A stretch of DNA of 63,313 bases, filler included, from Folioceros fuciformis (taxonomy: Eukaryota): assembly GCA_049999805.1 (NCBI GenBank). It is 8 parts of 7 records of this genome, joined end to end, with 100 filler letters (N's around TTAATTAATTAA, not from the genome) between each part and the next. Parts side by side here need not be neighbours in the genome. Positions count along the whole stretch, not along the records: positions 13,740 to 25,855 come from JBNGIO010005349.1; positions 25,956 to 41,297 come from JBNGIO010005349.1; 6 more parts are not named here. One strand, 5' to 3'. How positions within the stretch are numbered: position 1 is the stretch's first letter; every line of letters begins with the position of its first letter. Shown in pieces: positions 23,339 through 36,593 of the stretch. The notes below the pieces were generated by a model. The model did no database searches and had not been told where the DNA came from. It saw nothing but the letters and a program-made list of their open reading frames with translations. The translations under genes and the position numbers were made by a program.

Positions 23339-24023
23339 TGCCTAACCTCACGATGAGGATCTATATGCTTGCCTTGTGTCCACTTGTAACGAGCAATGCA
23401 TCCGAATGTCTGTGTACCGTGCTTATGAGCTCCATTTTGTCGCCCTTGTATTTAGTTAGGTGTTACCAGACAGCGGGGTCTGCTTATGAGAACGTGTAGT
23501 CTGTCGGGACTTGTTGTACACAGCGATGCATCCCCTGCGTCACGCTCTCTCCTGGTATAATTGAGGTTCACATTACGAGCTCCTTACATATTACCGGCTC
23601 CTATGACTGTCTCCCGAAACCGTGAGATGAACACTAGTTTGTCGAATGGAAGTCGTCTAAACACACAAAACACTTCTTCAATTTAACGTAAAAACATCCT
23701 GTACATATCCATCTCCATCCAGGCCAGGCTGGTCACGTCCGGTCGTGGCTACATGCGTGGCGCCGTTGGCAGGACAAGTGACCGTTGGTACATGCGCTGT
23801 CTAGAAGCCCCCTGGCTAAGCTCTGCGGCCTGACGAATCGCGGGGCGAGGAGAAGGGAAGTGGCAGAGAGCGCGGAGAGGCTATGCTTGCGGGCGAGCGG
23901 AGAGAGAGAGAGAGAGAGTGGGCAAACAGGGTAGTAGGAGTTTGGCGCCCAGATACTTCGAGTTTGGAGTCGGGGGGACGGAATCGAGGTGCGCAGAGCC
24001 GGGAGAAGAGCGGGTGGGGCGGC

Positions 24024-25843
24024 ATGGCGTCATCCTCGGAGCTGGAGAGACCGCTGCGGGAGAAGAAGGCCAAGACGTGGGTGGACTGGGCGGTGCAGTT
24101 CCGGTGGATCCTGGTGATCTTCGTGGTGTTGCCTGTGTCGCTGGCCTTCGACACGTACAAGTGGTGGGGGGACTGGTGGTCTGCGCGCAAGACCTACGAG
24201 CAGCGGCAGAAGGAGCACGACGAGGAGGTGCGCAAGGTCCAGAAGCGGCTGCAGGAGCGGGATCCGCAGAAGGACGGCCTCGTGTGCACGGCGCGGAAGC
24301 CATGGGTGGCGGTAGGCATGCGCAATGTGGACTACAAGCGCGCGCGGCACTTCGAGGTGGACCTGTCTGCTTTCCGCCAGGTGCTGGAGGTGGATGCGGA
24401 GCGCAAGATCGCGCGCTGCGAGCCGCTGGTGTCCATGGGGCAGATCACGCGCGTCACAGTCCCGCTCAACTTATCCCTGGCTGTGGTGGCGGAGCTGGAC
24501 GACCTCACCGTCGGCGGCCTCATCAACGGGTACGGCATTGAGGGGAGCTCGCACATTTACGGCCTCTTCGCCGACACTGTGGTGGCGTACGAGATCATCC
24601 TGGCGGACGGCCAGCTGGTGCGCGCCACCCGGGACAACGAGTACCAGGACCTCTTCTACGCCATCCCCTGGTCCCAGGGCACGCTGGGGCTGCTGGTGGC
24701 GGCGGAGATCAAGCTCATCGACATCCAGCCCTACATGCGGGTGCACTACAATCCCGTGCGGGGCAACATCCGGGAGCTGGCGCAGGCCTACTCCGACTCC
24801 TTCGCGCCCCGCGATGGCGACCAGGATAATCCGGAGAAGGTGCCGGACTTCGTGGAGGGCATGGTCTACTCTTCTACCGAGGGCGTCATGATGGTGGGGC
24901 GCTATGCTTCCGAGGAGGAGGCTAAGCGGAAGGGCAACACCATCAACCAGCAGGGATGGTGGTTCAAACCCTGGTTCTACCAGCACGCGCAGACCGCCCT
25001 GACCAAGGGCCCCTTCGTGGAGTACATTCCCACCCGCGATTACTACCACCGCCACACCCGCTGCCTCTACTGGGAGGGCAAGCTCATCCTCCCCTTCGCT
25101 GACCAGTGGTGGTTCCGCTGGTTCTTCGGCTGGCTCATGCCCCCCAAGGTCTCCTTCCTCAAGGCCACGCAGGGCGACGCCATCCGCAACTACTACCACG
25201 AGCGCCACGTGATCCAGGACATGCTCGTCCCGCTCTACAAGGTTGCGGACGCCATGGAGTTCTCCGACCGCGAGTTCGAGGTTCGTTGTCTCTCCCCTCT
25301 CGTTTTGCGCTTTGCCTTCCATGCCACTGCGCACCCTCCCTGCGGCTTGGGTTTACTAAGTTCCCCTTCTCTGGCCGGACGCAGCTCTATCCTATCTGGC
25401 TCTGCCCGCACCGCATCTTCAAGGCGCCCTACAAAACCATGATCTTCCCCGAGCCAGACTTCGACCTGCACCGTCGCCCCGGCGACACCAGCTACGCGCA
25501 GATGTTCACGGACGTGGGCCTCTACTACACCCCGGAGCCTGTCTTCCGGGGCGAGATTTTCGATGGAGCGGAGGCTGTATCTAAAATGGAGCAGTGGCTC
25601 ATCGAGAACAATTCCTTCCAGGCGCTCTACGCAGTGTCGGAGCTGAGCGAGGCGGATTTCTGGCGCATGTTTGACGCCTCCCTCTACCACTCCTGCCGCA
25701 ACAAGTACAAGGCTGTCGGCACCTTCATGAGTGTCTATTACAAGTCGAAGAAGGGCAAGAAGACTGAGCAGGAGGTGAAGGATGAAGAGTCGAAGGTCGT
25801 GGAGAACGGCTACACCGACTTGGAAAAGCCCTTGTCGGAGTAG
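24024..25843 (+). CDS. DWF1: Delta(24)-sterol reductase DWARF1/DIMINUTO (exons 24024-25280, 25385-25843)
   Basis: VQFRWILVIFVVLP, GLVCTARKPW.AVGMRNVDYKRARHFEVDL, the FAD motif ELDDLTVGGLINGYGIEGSSHIYGLF, and EFE|LYPIWLCPH across a GT-AG intron at 25281-25384. Confidence 0.97.
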
Positions 25844-26394
25844 TAGATTCACCGTNNNNNNNNNNNNNNNNNNNNNNNNNNNNNNNNNNNNNNNNNNNNT
25901 TAATTAATTAANNNNNNNNNNNNNNNNNNNNNNNNNNNNNNNNNNNNNNNNNNNNCTGGAGAGACGGGGACAGGGCGCCACGGGGAGGCAGCGGGTAGAG
26001 ACGTGGCGGCCGACATGACGATGCCGGTGTGGTTAGGTCTTGGGAGGGGATCGGCTGCGTGCTTTGGTTTTGTGTGAGCGGGGGACAGGGGATGCTGGCG
26101 GGGGCCGGGGCCCGGGCGGACGCATTTCCTGGCTCGGACGCGGCACATGTAGCAGGCATAGGTGTAGCGGTGACTCATCGTCACATCCATGAGAGAGGGG
26201 CTCGAGGAGGGAGTGTGGAGGAGTGAGGGAGAACGAGACGGTGGACAGGGGTCTAAGAAAAGCGGCCATCGCTGGCGCCTGACAAGGGAGCGCCCGTCGG
26301 GTGCGCCTCACTGTTGTGTTGCTGCTGCCCTCCTGGGGAACGGCTTCTCAAGGTGGACACCCTCCGTTCCTTCACTGGCTCCGGGAATGCGGAC

Positions 26395-27228
26395 ATGGCG
26401 CCCTCGGTCCCCCTGCCGCCGGCGTCTCCGCCGCCTCCAGCCTCGGAGGTGGGTGATCAGGATGCCGTACAATCCGGGAATGGTCACGTGCCTATGCGCC
26501 CGGCGCAGCCCGCAGCTCCCGGGAAGCCCGTGTCAATCTTGCACTCTGCCAAGTCCGCCAGTCAGGGATCGCGCGGAGCTCGGGTTGCAGAAGCTGACAC
26601 CAGTCACAGTAGTGAGGCTACAGGCCCGGACGGGTCTGCGGATACTGAATACTCGACTGCCGCAAGTGATGCCAACCCGCTGGTGAGGCGCACTGTCCAA
26701 TGGAATGACAGCCACGGCTTGGAGTTGGCCCAAGTGTATGAATTCGAGGCTAGGTGAGCATCTGACTGTCTGGCAGTGCATGTGAAGTTATGCGCTGTGG
26801 TCTATTGCACAGAAGGACCGAGGGCTGACATGGTCCGTGTTGTTTGTGTGCACATCTTTGGGTAGTTAATCCTAACTTGTTTAGCTGCACCCAGAGAGGT
26901 GTACGCATTTGTTGCACACTGTTTGAGTGTTGCTAGACTGTGCTTTGCTGCTGCAGTCTTTTGCCTTCGTGTCATGCTACCACATCGTGAGTGAGTCATA
27001 CATTCCAGAGCTGTGGCCATTTGAATAAATTGTGCTGGGATGTGCCATCGAGTAGTCGTGTTCTCTGCGTTGCCTCATTGCTCCAAATTACTCGTCACTG
27101 GTCTGCCAGGTTGGATTAACTGACTTGCTTGCTCTGGTGATTTCTGGCATGGCAGCGAAACTGGGGATTCCGACTTGGATGATGATGATTGTGATGCATC
27201 CCAGAGTTGCGCCTGTGTAATCCAGTAG
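26395..27228 (+). CDS. Small disordered protein with an RVxW-type PP1-docking motif and C-terminal CaaX (exons 26395-26753, 27156-27228)
   Basis: Exon 1 ends RRTVQWNDSHGLELAQVYEFEA at the donor AG|GTGAGC. Exon 2 after GGCAG reads SETGDSDLDDDDCDASQSCACVIQ*. The start codon is inferred. Confidence 0.78.
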
Positions 27229-28179
27229 AGCCTTCCCATAAGTGACGCAAAGACATGCTATGGGCGTGAAGCCAACTCAGAGGACAGCAAATAATCAAGT
27301 CATCTGGGGTTTGCAATACGTGTGGGGAGGAAAAGTGGCGGGCCGGCCACTTGGTGCCTCATCCGCTGAAGTTTGCGGCAGATCCGGAGCTGTATTCCCC
27401 CGCCCTGTGGTGTGCAGTCCACAGCCAGGGTGCTGTTGCTACTGAGTTGCTGCCCCTGATACACCTTGGGAACGACTGTGCATCGAATGGACTCGTTCGA
27501 TGATGTAACCCGGCTTCCCACATACGAGTGGCTTTGTCGTGGATTTGGTTTTGGAAAGGCGTGCTGGGTAGTATCACAGGCACAAAGACTTTTCCGCAGC
27601 GGCCATAGTTGTGCTTGGTGTGAAGTCACCGCATGCATGCACGCAGTGTCGCAGGTGGGCACTTTTCCACGCGACAACTCCTGAACCCACCACCAGATGT
27701 GTCATATTAGACTCCACTGTTCATAGGTCGATAGGTACTCAAGGATAGTGTTAGTGGTCGCAGAGGGTGCACCCAGATTAGGGAATGTGTGAAGCTTAAG
27801 ACCGACACTTGCTACTCCAGATCGTTGGTTGAATTTTCCCGCTTTCGGTTCAGCTTCGTCTCCGCCGTTTCCAAGGGCATCGGTACGCTCAAGTGCCGTC
27901 CTTGACCAGTTTACATGTCGTGCTTTACCGGAATTGCGAAGTTCGACTCCGTCTAGGCTTTTTACGGTTCTGCCGAAGTACTACTACTTCCGTTCCAAGT
28001 CACGGCATGTTATCCTTTTGTCCTCACAATTGTCATATTTCATTAAAATCTCCAATCACTAAAATTAACGAATTTTAATTATTACTATTTATCAAGTATA
28101 GATCATTATTATTTATTATAATTTTTTATGCATTTAAATAACTCTTAAAAAAGCTTTTATCAATTCTATGCTCAAAAAG

Positions 28180-29660
28180 ATGGAGCCTTCGTGCACAATG
28201 GAGCAACCCAAAGGTGAAAAATGGGAAGGAGTGACAAGGAGACAGGAGGAGACAAGGGAGTGACAAGGAGATAAGACCGGCAGAATCCGTTGAAGAGGCA
28301 CCGTCGGCAGAAGAGCAGCCCGCTTATGTGGCTGCAAGAGTCTCGGGGAAATTAGGGTTGACCCCGGCGGTGGAACTCTTCCCTGGATGGAAAGAGGTCT
28401 TTAAGGGCATCCCTCTGGCGGCGAATTTGCAGACGGAGGAGCTAGCTAGAGTGCGCACCTTTCTAAGGAAGGGAATACTAGACAGAGGGATGGCTACTGA
28501 CAGAACCCCTCCTCAGCAGGTGGATCTTCCAGGGTTGACAACCGGCATGGTCTGGGCACAGGCAAATGTGCTAGATCATGCCGCTCTGGCGCTCACTTGG
28601 TTGAGCATGTAGGGACAGCGAGATGAGGAGGCGTAGGCCAAGCTGGCTGAAGCGGAGGCAAGACGGAAACAGTTGGAAGAAGCCCAACAGGCCCTTGGCG
28701 AAGTGAGAGCTCAAGTACAGGAAGAATTGCGCAAGGCACGGGAAGAAGTGCAAGCCATGAAGAATTAGCAAGAACTGCTCCTGACCCAAGTCACGAAAGT
28801 GCATGAGGCAAATCAAAAAATGCAACAGGAGTTGCTAGAAGCAGGAAGTAGCCGCTGTGGAGAAGGTCCAGAAATTAGTGGACCAGTACAAACGGGAACG
28901 GGATGAGGCCCAGAGCCGAGTCAATTGGAAGGGCAAGGTCAAACGGAGTAGCAGGTCCACAACTGAGGTAGCAGAAGCCACTATTGGTAGGGGAGAGACG
29001 ACGTCAATAGAAGGGAACCCTACCACGGTCGGGGAAGCAGCAACAATCGTGGAACCAGCAACCGGGTTACCTGAAATCCCTACTCGCACCAAGAGGACTG
29101 GAATGGAGTCAGCGGCAGGCAGAGCAACAGGAGGCACTCCAACATCCGTGGTGGGCACAGAGCAGACAGTCAGGGGTAGCCCACGAGAGGAGGGGATAAG
29201 CACCTCATTTGCAGCAAGAGGTTAGATTGTATTAAGGCTCTAAATGGGGACCGTGTACTTAACCTTACTGTCCATGTGCGTGTGGAAATAGGAGGGACCA
29301 GGGCCTACTGCCTGCAACTGAGGATTTGTAGGGGATGCTTCTCTCATTGCTTTTGGGTATGGAGGCTGACTCCTTATTACTCGGAGGCGGTCTTGGAGGA
29401 GCTCACAGAAGAGGAAGCACATGCTTGGGTGGAGCAAGAACCTGTAATGGCCTCAGCAACAGACGACTGGAAGAAGGAGGGAGAACTCCTCGAAGGACCC
29501 CACTCCTGCCTAAACACGAGAAGTCTGGCGGCAGTAAGAGTGAGGTAGAGGTTTTATGGGAGGATCTGCCAGACCAGCGAAGAGGGAGGAGAGCCCGGGG
29601 ATTTGGTGGCCGAGGAAGGAGAACGCAAAGGCCAGATAGGAGGCGAGAGTGGTGATAAGA
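28180..29660 (+). mobile_element. Degenerate purine-rich ORF remnant with a coiled-coil segment, probably TE-derived
   Basis: Chain of ORF fragments broken by TAG stops and frameshifts, no introns, in a repeat-rich block. Family not identifiable. Confidence 0.35.
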
Positions 29661-29964
29661 TGGGCCAGAATTTATTGCATCTTAAAATAGTATTTAGTTA
29701 CAATCTGGTGAAGATGCTTTCTTGAACCTGATGTCACTCGCAATTAAGAGCACTAGACTGCTTAAGACTAGACTTAATGGCGGCTGCGACCCCGCCATGG
29801 ACGCGTTGTACAAAGAGGCTTGTTGGGTCTCGCGAATTAGCGAATGTTGGAGACAACTTCCCAATTAAGATCCCTACGCTGCCCATGGCTAGATTGGAGA
29901 TGTCTTGGTGGGCTGTGTGTGTGCAACGCTCCTAGGGTGGTCAAGAGCTTTTGCTCCGCAACTA

Positions 29965-30210
29965 GTGGTGAAGGGGACGAATCAGCAAATTCCCTACTGA
30001 GTAAAAGGTCACCTTCCCTTATTCCTTGAATAGCTAGTTGTGTTCCGCGGAGGTGGTGAAGGGGACGAATCAGCCCGCCGTGTTGGGTGGACAGAGGACT
30101 GCTCCTTCCCTTATTCCCTAAACGGTCTTCTGTGTTCCGCAGTTGAGGCGAGGGGGACGAATCCGCCAGTTGCGTGGAGTGGAAGGGGAGCTCTCCTTCC
30201 CTTATTCCCT
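29965..30210. repeat. Degenerate ~90-bp tandem repeat (3 copies)
   Basis: GGTGAAGGGGACGAATCAGC-like and TTCCCTTATTCC cores each occur three times. Confidence 0.75.
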
Positions 30211-31207
30211 GAACCATTGGCTGCATTTCGAATCTGGTGTCGGAGAGAGTGTGTGAGAAGACGATGTGTCGAAGGGAGTGTGTGAGAAGACGAGGTGTTG
30301 AGTTGAGGAGAGAAGAGAAGAGAAGACGAACTAACTGCCACAAACAGAAAAGGCTCGCATAGTGACTGCTAGAGGACTGCAGGAAACTGGTGAGAACTTG
30401 CTGGATGGTTTAAGATTTAGGGTCTAGAACAGATCCTTGTGGTCGCGAAAAGCATTCGATCTTCCACTCCCACTAAGTTCCGACGGAAAGAGTGGAAACT
30501 AGCAGGTTTTCTCTGGCACAATGGCCAGTGAGACCACTCCTCTCCATGGGGTAGGCAAGTCGCATAGGGCATGGCATTTCCCGGCCGCAGGTTAGATCAG
30601 ATTTGCTCGTTTTTGCAGCTTAGAGTTAGCGTGCATGTTTCTCCTCATTCAGTTGCATACGTAAGTATTGTACCCTTGCTGCAACCAAGCTGCGATTAAT
30701 CAGATTTTTTTCTCCATAAAAAAAAAAACTTGCTGGATGGTTCTGAAAGATTGTTGAAGCTGGGGTGTGATTTCTAGAAGATTTCTGAGGAATTCTGAGA
30801 TGTGTGAGGGAGACTGTTGGAGACTGAGGTAGACCATGGGAAAAAGCTGAGAGATTGCTGGGGATTTGTGGTTGTTACTGAGAAGGGTGAAATTGGAAGC
30901 ATTTGCAACTGATTTGAGAGGAACAATAGTGCATCGAAGTTTCGATGGATGTGTGCGTGTGGGTGATACCCATAGGTGCGAGGGAGTGTGGCTAACCCGC
31001 GGGTTTTTCCTCCCAAGGGTTGGCCCTTGCATGTGTGGTTAGCACCCTATAGGACCAGTCAAGGAGTTCGGGGCAAGAACCTGGGGTGAAAACCGCAAGA
31101 GCGCCTACGCCGGGACATTAGTTGGGGTTTTGAGGTGGGGTCCACCACGGTAGCGCAGGTCACTATCGGTCGCAAATACTTTACCTTAAGGGTGGAAAGG
31201 ACACACA

Positions 31208-31252
31208 TTATCCAGGGTTTCGTTATCCAGGGTTTCGTTATCCAGGGTTTCG
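31208..31252. repeat. 15-bp tandem repeat x3
   Basis: TTATCCAGGGTTTCG three times. Confidence 0.9.
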
Positions 31253-31695
31253 AAATATAACGAGTCTAACGTAGGAGAACTTTTGATTAAGCCAAAAAAA
31301 TTTACTGGGAAAAAAATCCATGTCTCCCTCTAATTGGGGCCGTTAGTCCCAATTAGGGGGAGACTCTTTGACTCCTGCAATGCGGGAACGTCGCCCTAGT
31401 ATTACCACCCACTGGAGGTATCCGCTTCCGATCCCCGGGCGAGAGTACCTGGTCGATTAACGAGATTTCAATGGAAAAAGATCTTGTCGAGAAGCCAACT
31501 TCGAATAATCTACCCAGCTGACGGACCTCACTCCAAAACTCCAGCGATCCAGTCAAAGTGGACCAATTTTGTCGCCCATCTGTACACTCCCCAAGTACTG
31601 TACACTACCTCAAATCAAACTGATCACAGAACAGTGTCCATGGTTTTGAAGTATGAGCAAACTGAAGTATGAGGACTAGTCAGCACAACCTCAGC

Positions 31696-34600
31696 CTACA
31701 GCCTTTTTGGAAGATTGTAAGTCTTCTTCAGAAAATTGGAAGCTCTGTCGTCAGCTCTATAGCACAAAACTCGCAACAACGTGTTAGCATCAGACGGGCT
31801 GAATTGCCCGATTGTGCTGGGTAAGGGAGGGGGTCCACCTTTCGATCCTTTACCCTGAGAATACTGGCTGTTAGCTGCCTTGAAATTCTCAATCAGCTCC
31901 TCTGTGTCCACAGAAAACAAGCTCAAGATCCTCACGAGAGGTAATGCCACGTTTTCCACCATGTCCTCCGACAAGCCATCACCATCTGCCTTGAACAAAT
32001 CTTTGAAGGAAGTTAAGTCTTCCTCTAGCATATCAGCGTCGCTGACTGTGAAAGTCCGGGAAGGACCGCCAGCTAACAATACTAGCAAAAACGCCTCAAA
32101 ACACGCCCGCATGAGCTCCACAACTGCTTTATTACGCAGGTCTTTTGTCACCGTGTCTGCGAGGACTCCCAATATTGGATCCAGCTTGTCAATAACCCGA
32201 TTTACTCTTGAGTTTTCCACTCCTCCAACATACAGACCGTCCCAGAACGGTTTTCGCATATCCACAAACACAATCCTGTACGCACTTAGTTCACAAAGCC
32301 TTTGAACACCATCCTGGAGGGATCTTCTAGCAGCTTCAAATCGGATTTCAGTCCCTGCTTTTGATGGTGGTGGTGCTGATCCTTTTCCCTGATTTCTTAG
32401 AGATGAAGGAGCCTCTTGCCAACCATATCGTACCCTCTTCTCTATGAACTCCAGTTCAGACTGCAAATGGTGGAGGGTGTTGAGGCGGACGCACATGCGT
32501 TCCAAGTTCCCCTCAATCTCTCTGCTGTTGTGTGTGCCATCAACTGGCTCCACCGGGACTTTGTTCTTCCTGCTGACAAATTTCACAGACAATCTGAAGT
32601 GTTCTTTTTTGCATCGGGTTAGAGCTGGGAGAGGAGGAATCATCTCACTCTTCGATCCTGCAAGACAGCAGATTATAAGGCTTAAACATTTGCAGAGTCT
32701 CATCCCACTACCTGCGAAACCCTCCCAGGTCCCATCCAACTGCAATTGCTACTTCATCATGCTTACCACATGCTGTCACGGCTTGGGTTGCATAGCTTGC
32801 CAGAGCACGATCGACACCAGCCACCAACTTGACAAGAAGATCTGGGAATGATGCTAGAGGCATGGAAAAATACGCATCCAAAGTTTCCTCCACAATCCTG
32901 AGCACCTCCACAACAGATGGAGCATATTTTTCTCGAACTGCTCGTGGATTCCAATCCTAAAAATTGGGTGACGATTCAGAAACGAGTAAAGGTAGCATAT
33001 GCAGACCTCAGCTGCAAAATTCGAAGAAAGCATACCTCTTGTTGCGCACTTCTATCAACCCACTCCACCAAGCGATGCAGACGATCTTGAATCCACGTCT
33101 CAGCCATGGACTTTATAGCAGTGTCCGCCTCATAAGGTGGCATCTCTCTGATTATTGCCTTCCCACCATCCTCCGAAAAAAGAGCATCTCCAACAGCTAT
33201 CGTTATTAGTTCCTTCTCTAGATTATCTGCTGCAGAAAGGACTTCGACAACATCTGGGGTAGGGAACGCCGTTTTTGACAGAAACTGCTTAAACTCCCGC
33301 CCATAGCAAGCATGCAACGTAGCTGCAGCAACACCAGCCGGGGAAGGGTGCCAAATCTTGAGGATAGGACTGAAGTCGTCGCGCTCCGACACTGCGAGGC
33401 GCTCAATGTCCTTTGCAAGGACAACAAGAGCAGGACTTGGTGTGCCTCCCTTGGATGACTTTCTCTTGGCATCCGCGGACTCCATCATCTGCACTTTGAT
33501 CCAATATTAATCCAAAATCAAGCTGGTCACTACGAAAGCTGGGTATCAGCAACAGACGTTCACTTGGACCCAAGATATCTCACCTGTGCAAAAGATGCTC
33601 TAAGTGTTGAGCGTATGTACATGTCGATTCTACTCATTACAACGTCCGTTTCATCTCTTCTTTGGCGACGATGCTGTTCTTTGGAAGTGATGTCACTCAG
33701 AATCTTGGCAGCTGCTGTCGCCACAGAGACCGTATGTTCTAATAGGCCACCACATCCAGCTGGAAAGGCCTCACGGTAGGCCAGAAGCCGTTTCTCACAC
33801 CAGGCTTGGACGGTGCTCAATATTGAGCTAACAAGCTGATACTGACCACCTGAAAGCCTGGTTTGTCCGACACTCTTGCCCACGTCAGACATCTGCAGGG
33901 CTGCAGCTTCAAGCAGCTCAAGCTGATTCCGTCCAGTTATCACAAACTGGCGAAACAGAACCCACATGAAAAGGACATCATGGGCCACTTGGTCTAAACC
34001 TAGTATACTCCAAGTCCTCTTCACAAGCTCTAAAATATCATCGACTTCATCTATGACAACAGTGCTGTCTAGAGTATCAAAGCAGGCAGACAACATTGTC
34101 TCATAGATGTGAACATTGAATGGAAACCCATCTGCCCAATGACACTCATTACTGCTCACATCACCTGTCAGGCTTCTTCCAGCTTTGGCTAAAGCAGCAC
34201 TCCTCAGGGCTTGCAAAACCTCACTGTTTTTCCCCGATTCCATAGGATGATCATGGACTGCTTGCAGCGCTTGCTTCAAGCGTACTGTCAGGCTGTTGGG
34301 GGCATCCTGCACTGCAGAATGCAGGATAAGGCCTGCGTCCAGCACCTTGACCTGCCGTTTATGCCAGAGCTGGTATTGCGCAGTGTAAGGAAAGTCAGAT
34401 GCACTGATGTGCTGCAAGAGCTCCAAAGGTACTACCATAGCATCTGACCGCCGGCCCACCTGACAAGTCCAACAACACTGCAAACTTCAAAAAAAAGGTC
34501 TCACGCACAACAGCTCCTCATCTTAAGTTGGGCTCAACGATTTCTAAACCTTTCGCCTGATCCTGGACAGCAGTGAAGGGCATGAATTCCATACCTGTGA

Positions 34601-34984
34601 CGCAGAAGCACGAGACAGTGCTTTCCTTGTATGTGCATCAAAATCGTCCGACACATCAAATTGTAGCCGCAGAATATCCATAGGAGTGGTATATTTCCTT
34701 CTGCCTGAAGTCGCATTGTACAGGTCCTTACTACTCCTTGATTTGAGACCTAGAGCCTTTTTCACTCTGCTAGCAGTGACTGAAGTGAAAGACTTCTCGT
34801 GATGCCGGGGAGAGGAAACCGACGTGGACCTTGCTCCCAATGTTGTCCTCGCACTCACGGCTGGACCACACGCAGCTATTACAATCTCGTACGCAATTTC
34901 TCTCATATCCTCTTCTGTGAACTCAACATGCAAAGGCCCCAGAGGATCCTCCAGATCTGACTTGATGGAACCAGATACTGCCAT
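31696..34984 (-). CDS. DUF810 / Munc13-like (unc-13 homolog, PATROL1-related family) protein, 5 exons
   Basis: MREIAYEIVIAAC, VVPLELL, CHWADGFPFNVHIYE, FSPILKIWHP..GVAAATLHACYG, LLVLLAGGPSRTF and NTLLRVLCYRADDRASNFLKKTYNLPKRL*. Confidence 0.92.
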
Positions 34985-36593
34985 TGTCGTAGAATCTGCA
35001 GGGACGCCGTCTGAGGGTTGAGAAACCTCACGTCTATGAAGGAGGCCAGCCGAACCAAGAAGTTTGCCTACACGTAGCTCACAAAACCGGAACCATATCG
35101 CACCGTCTGAACCTAGGACCAGCGACCGCTACAATGACCGAAGCTGCATGCAATCCCTCTCGAACAACCAACCCCCGTCCTCCAGACGGAGAAGCAAAAT
35201 TTCTGAACGACTCATGTCGGGGAATCAGAACCGATAAGCGGGACGAACCCGCACAAGGAATAGCCTTGCGTGGACTAAAGGCCCAGCCGGCAGAAAAGAG
35301 AACAGATTTTCCCTTCACTTGGAACTCGCCATGCATAACCTGCAACCTCAGAAGGCAAACACCTACCCTGACTGCTGACCCGTTCCGAAACCATCATTCC
35401 ACCTGTACTCGACTTAGGAGTCCTCACTCGCGGCCAGGCGTGAGCTCAAGCGCCTCCCAGATACAAAATTCAACTGTCCAACTCCGGCAAGCTCCTCTCC
35501 AGGCCCAGCTCCGCTGCAAAGCGGCAACAGATGCTATTCCTCTTCCTGGAGGCATCCGAATCGGTTCTCTAGAACGATCTTCATGTTTCCTTTCCCGCGG
35601 TCGCAGCCGCTCTGACGCACAGAGTCTCCTTCGCACCGGGTTCCAAAAAGAGCCAGGTGGAGCCCGACGACGCGCTTATTCCTCGCGTGCGACCGAGAGA
35701 CTGAACAATTCGTCGCCACGAGCCACGAGAGAAAGAGATTTTCCAGCGATGCTGCAGATCCGCGTTTCTTCTCATCCAAGCCGAATGGAGCGAGACGGAA
35801 AGCTTTCCCCAGCAGCACTTCGAAGCAACGCGTGGAGCTAAGGCGTGACTGTCCTGTGATTCGTCTTGCAAAATTCTGACATCAGCAGCTCACAGATTAT
35901 TTATAGTAGGGTATGTTCCTTCTTATTCCTCTAGGGCGTGTTCCATCTCCGTCCCATGGTGATTTGTTCCTTCTCCTTCCGTACACAGGACTGCAGTGAG
36001 GTCTTAGCGTCGGGGTTTTGGGCAACACTGAATTGGAAGAGAATGCAGGCGAGAATGCATGTGCCGCCACATGAGCGCATCCATCCTGAAGCTGGGGGAT
36101 CCGTGCAGCGCGTCGTTACGACAAGAGTCTCCAGATCCAGTGCATTTCGAGCCAGGCGCCAGCAACGTGATGGCTTTGCAGGTGGTGACAAGGGCTTGGC
36201 CTGACCAGGACCTAATCTCTGAGGTCATCATTATTGCAGCACTAGTGTTTTAACAGACTTACGATGCGGAAATCTGAGCACGTAGTGTGTTCAGATAGGT
36301 AACACAGTATGCGGGGCCAGCGTAGTGTTGAGCTAGCTTATTGTTGGGTTAAATATGGAGCAGCTTCACTCGAAACCGGCGAGGTGTGGCCCACACCACA
36401 ATCGGATAACAGCTCCAAACCACAAGGGCGGCAACGAAGCCAGTAGTAGATGCTTAGTACTGTACGACTTCCGCAGAGGCAATATTATAACGTCCTGTGA
36501 GGATGACGGTATGTGTAGGTGCACAGTTACCACAAGCAGAGGAGGATGAATCAGATCCAGTTCCAGTTGGAGGGTTCTTCAGGGCATCTACAT

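Noticed and set aside
24471..25852. Long antisense ORFs (287 and 205 aa) over DWF1
   Set aside because: Shadow frames caused by the high GC3 of the sense gene.
31696..34984. Naming the DUF810 gene PATROL1
   Set aside because: I do not see the PATROL1-type N-terminal extension, so orthology cannot be shown without a tree.
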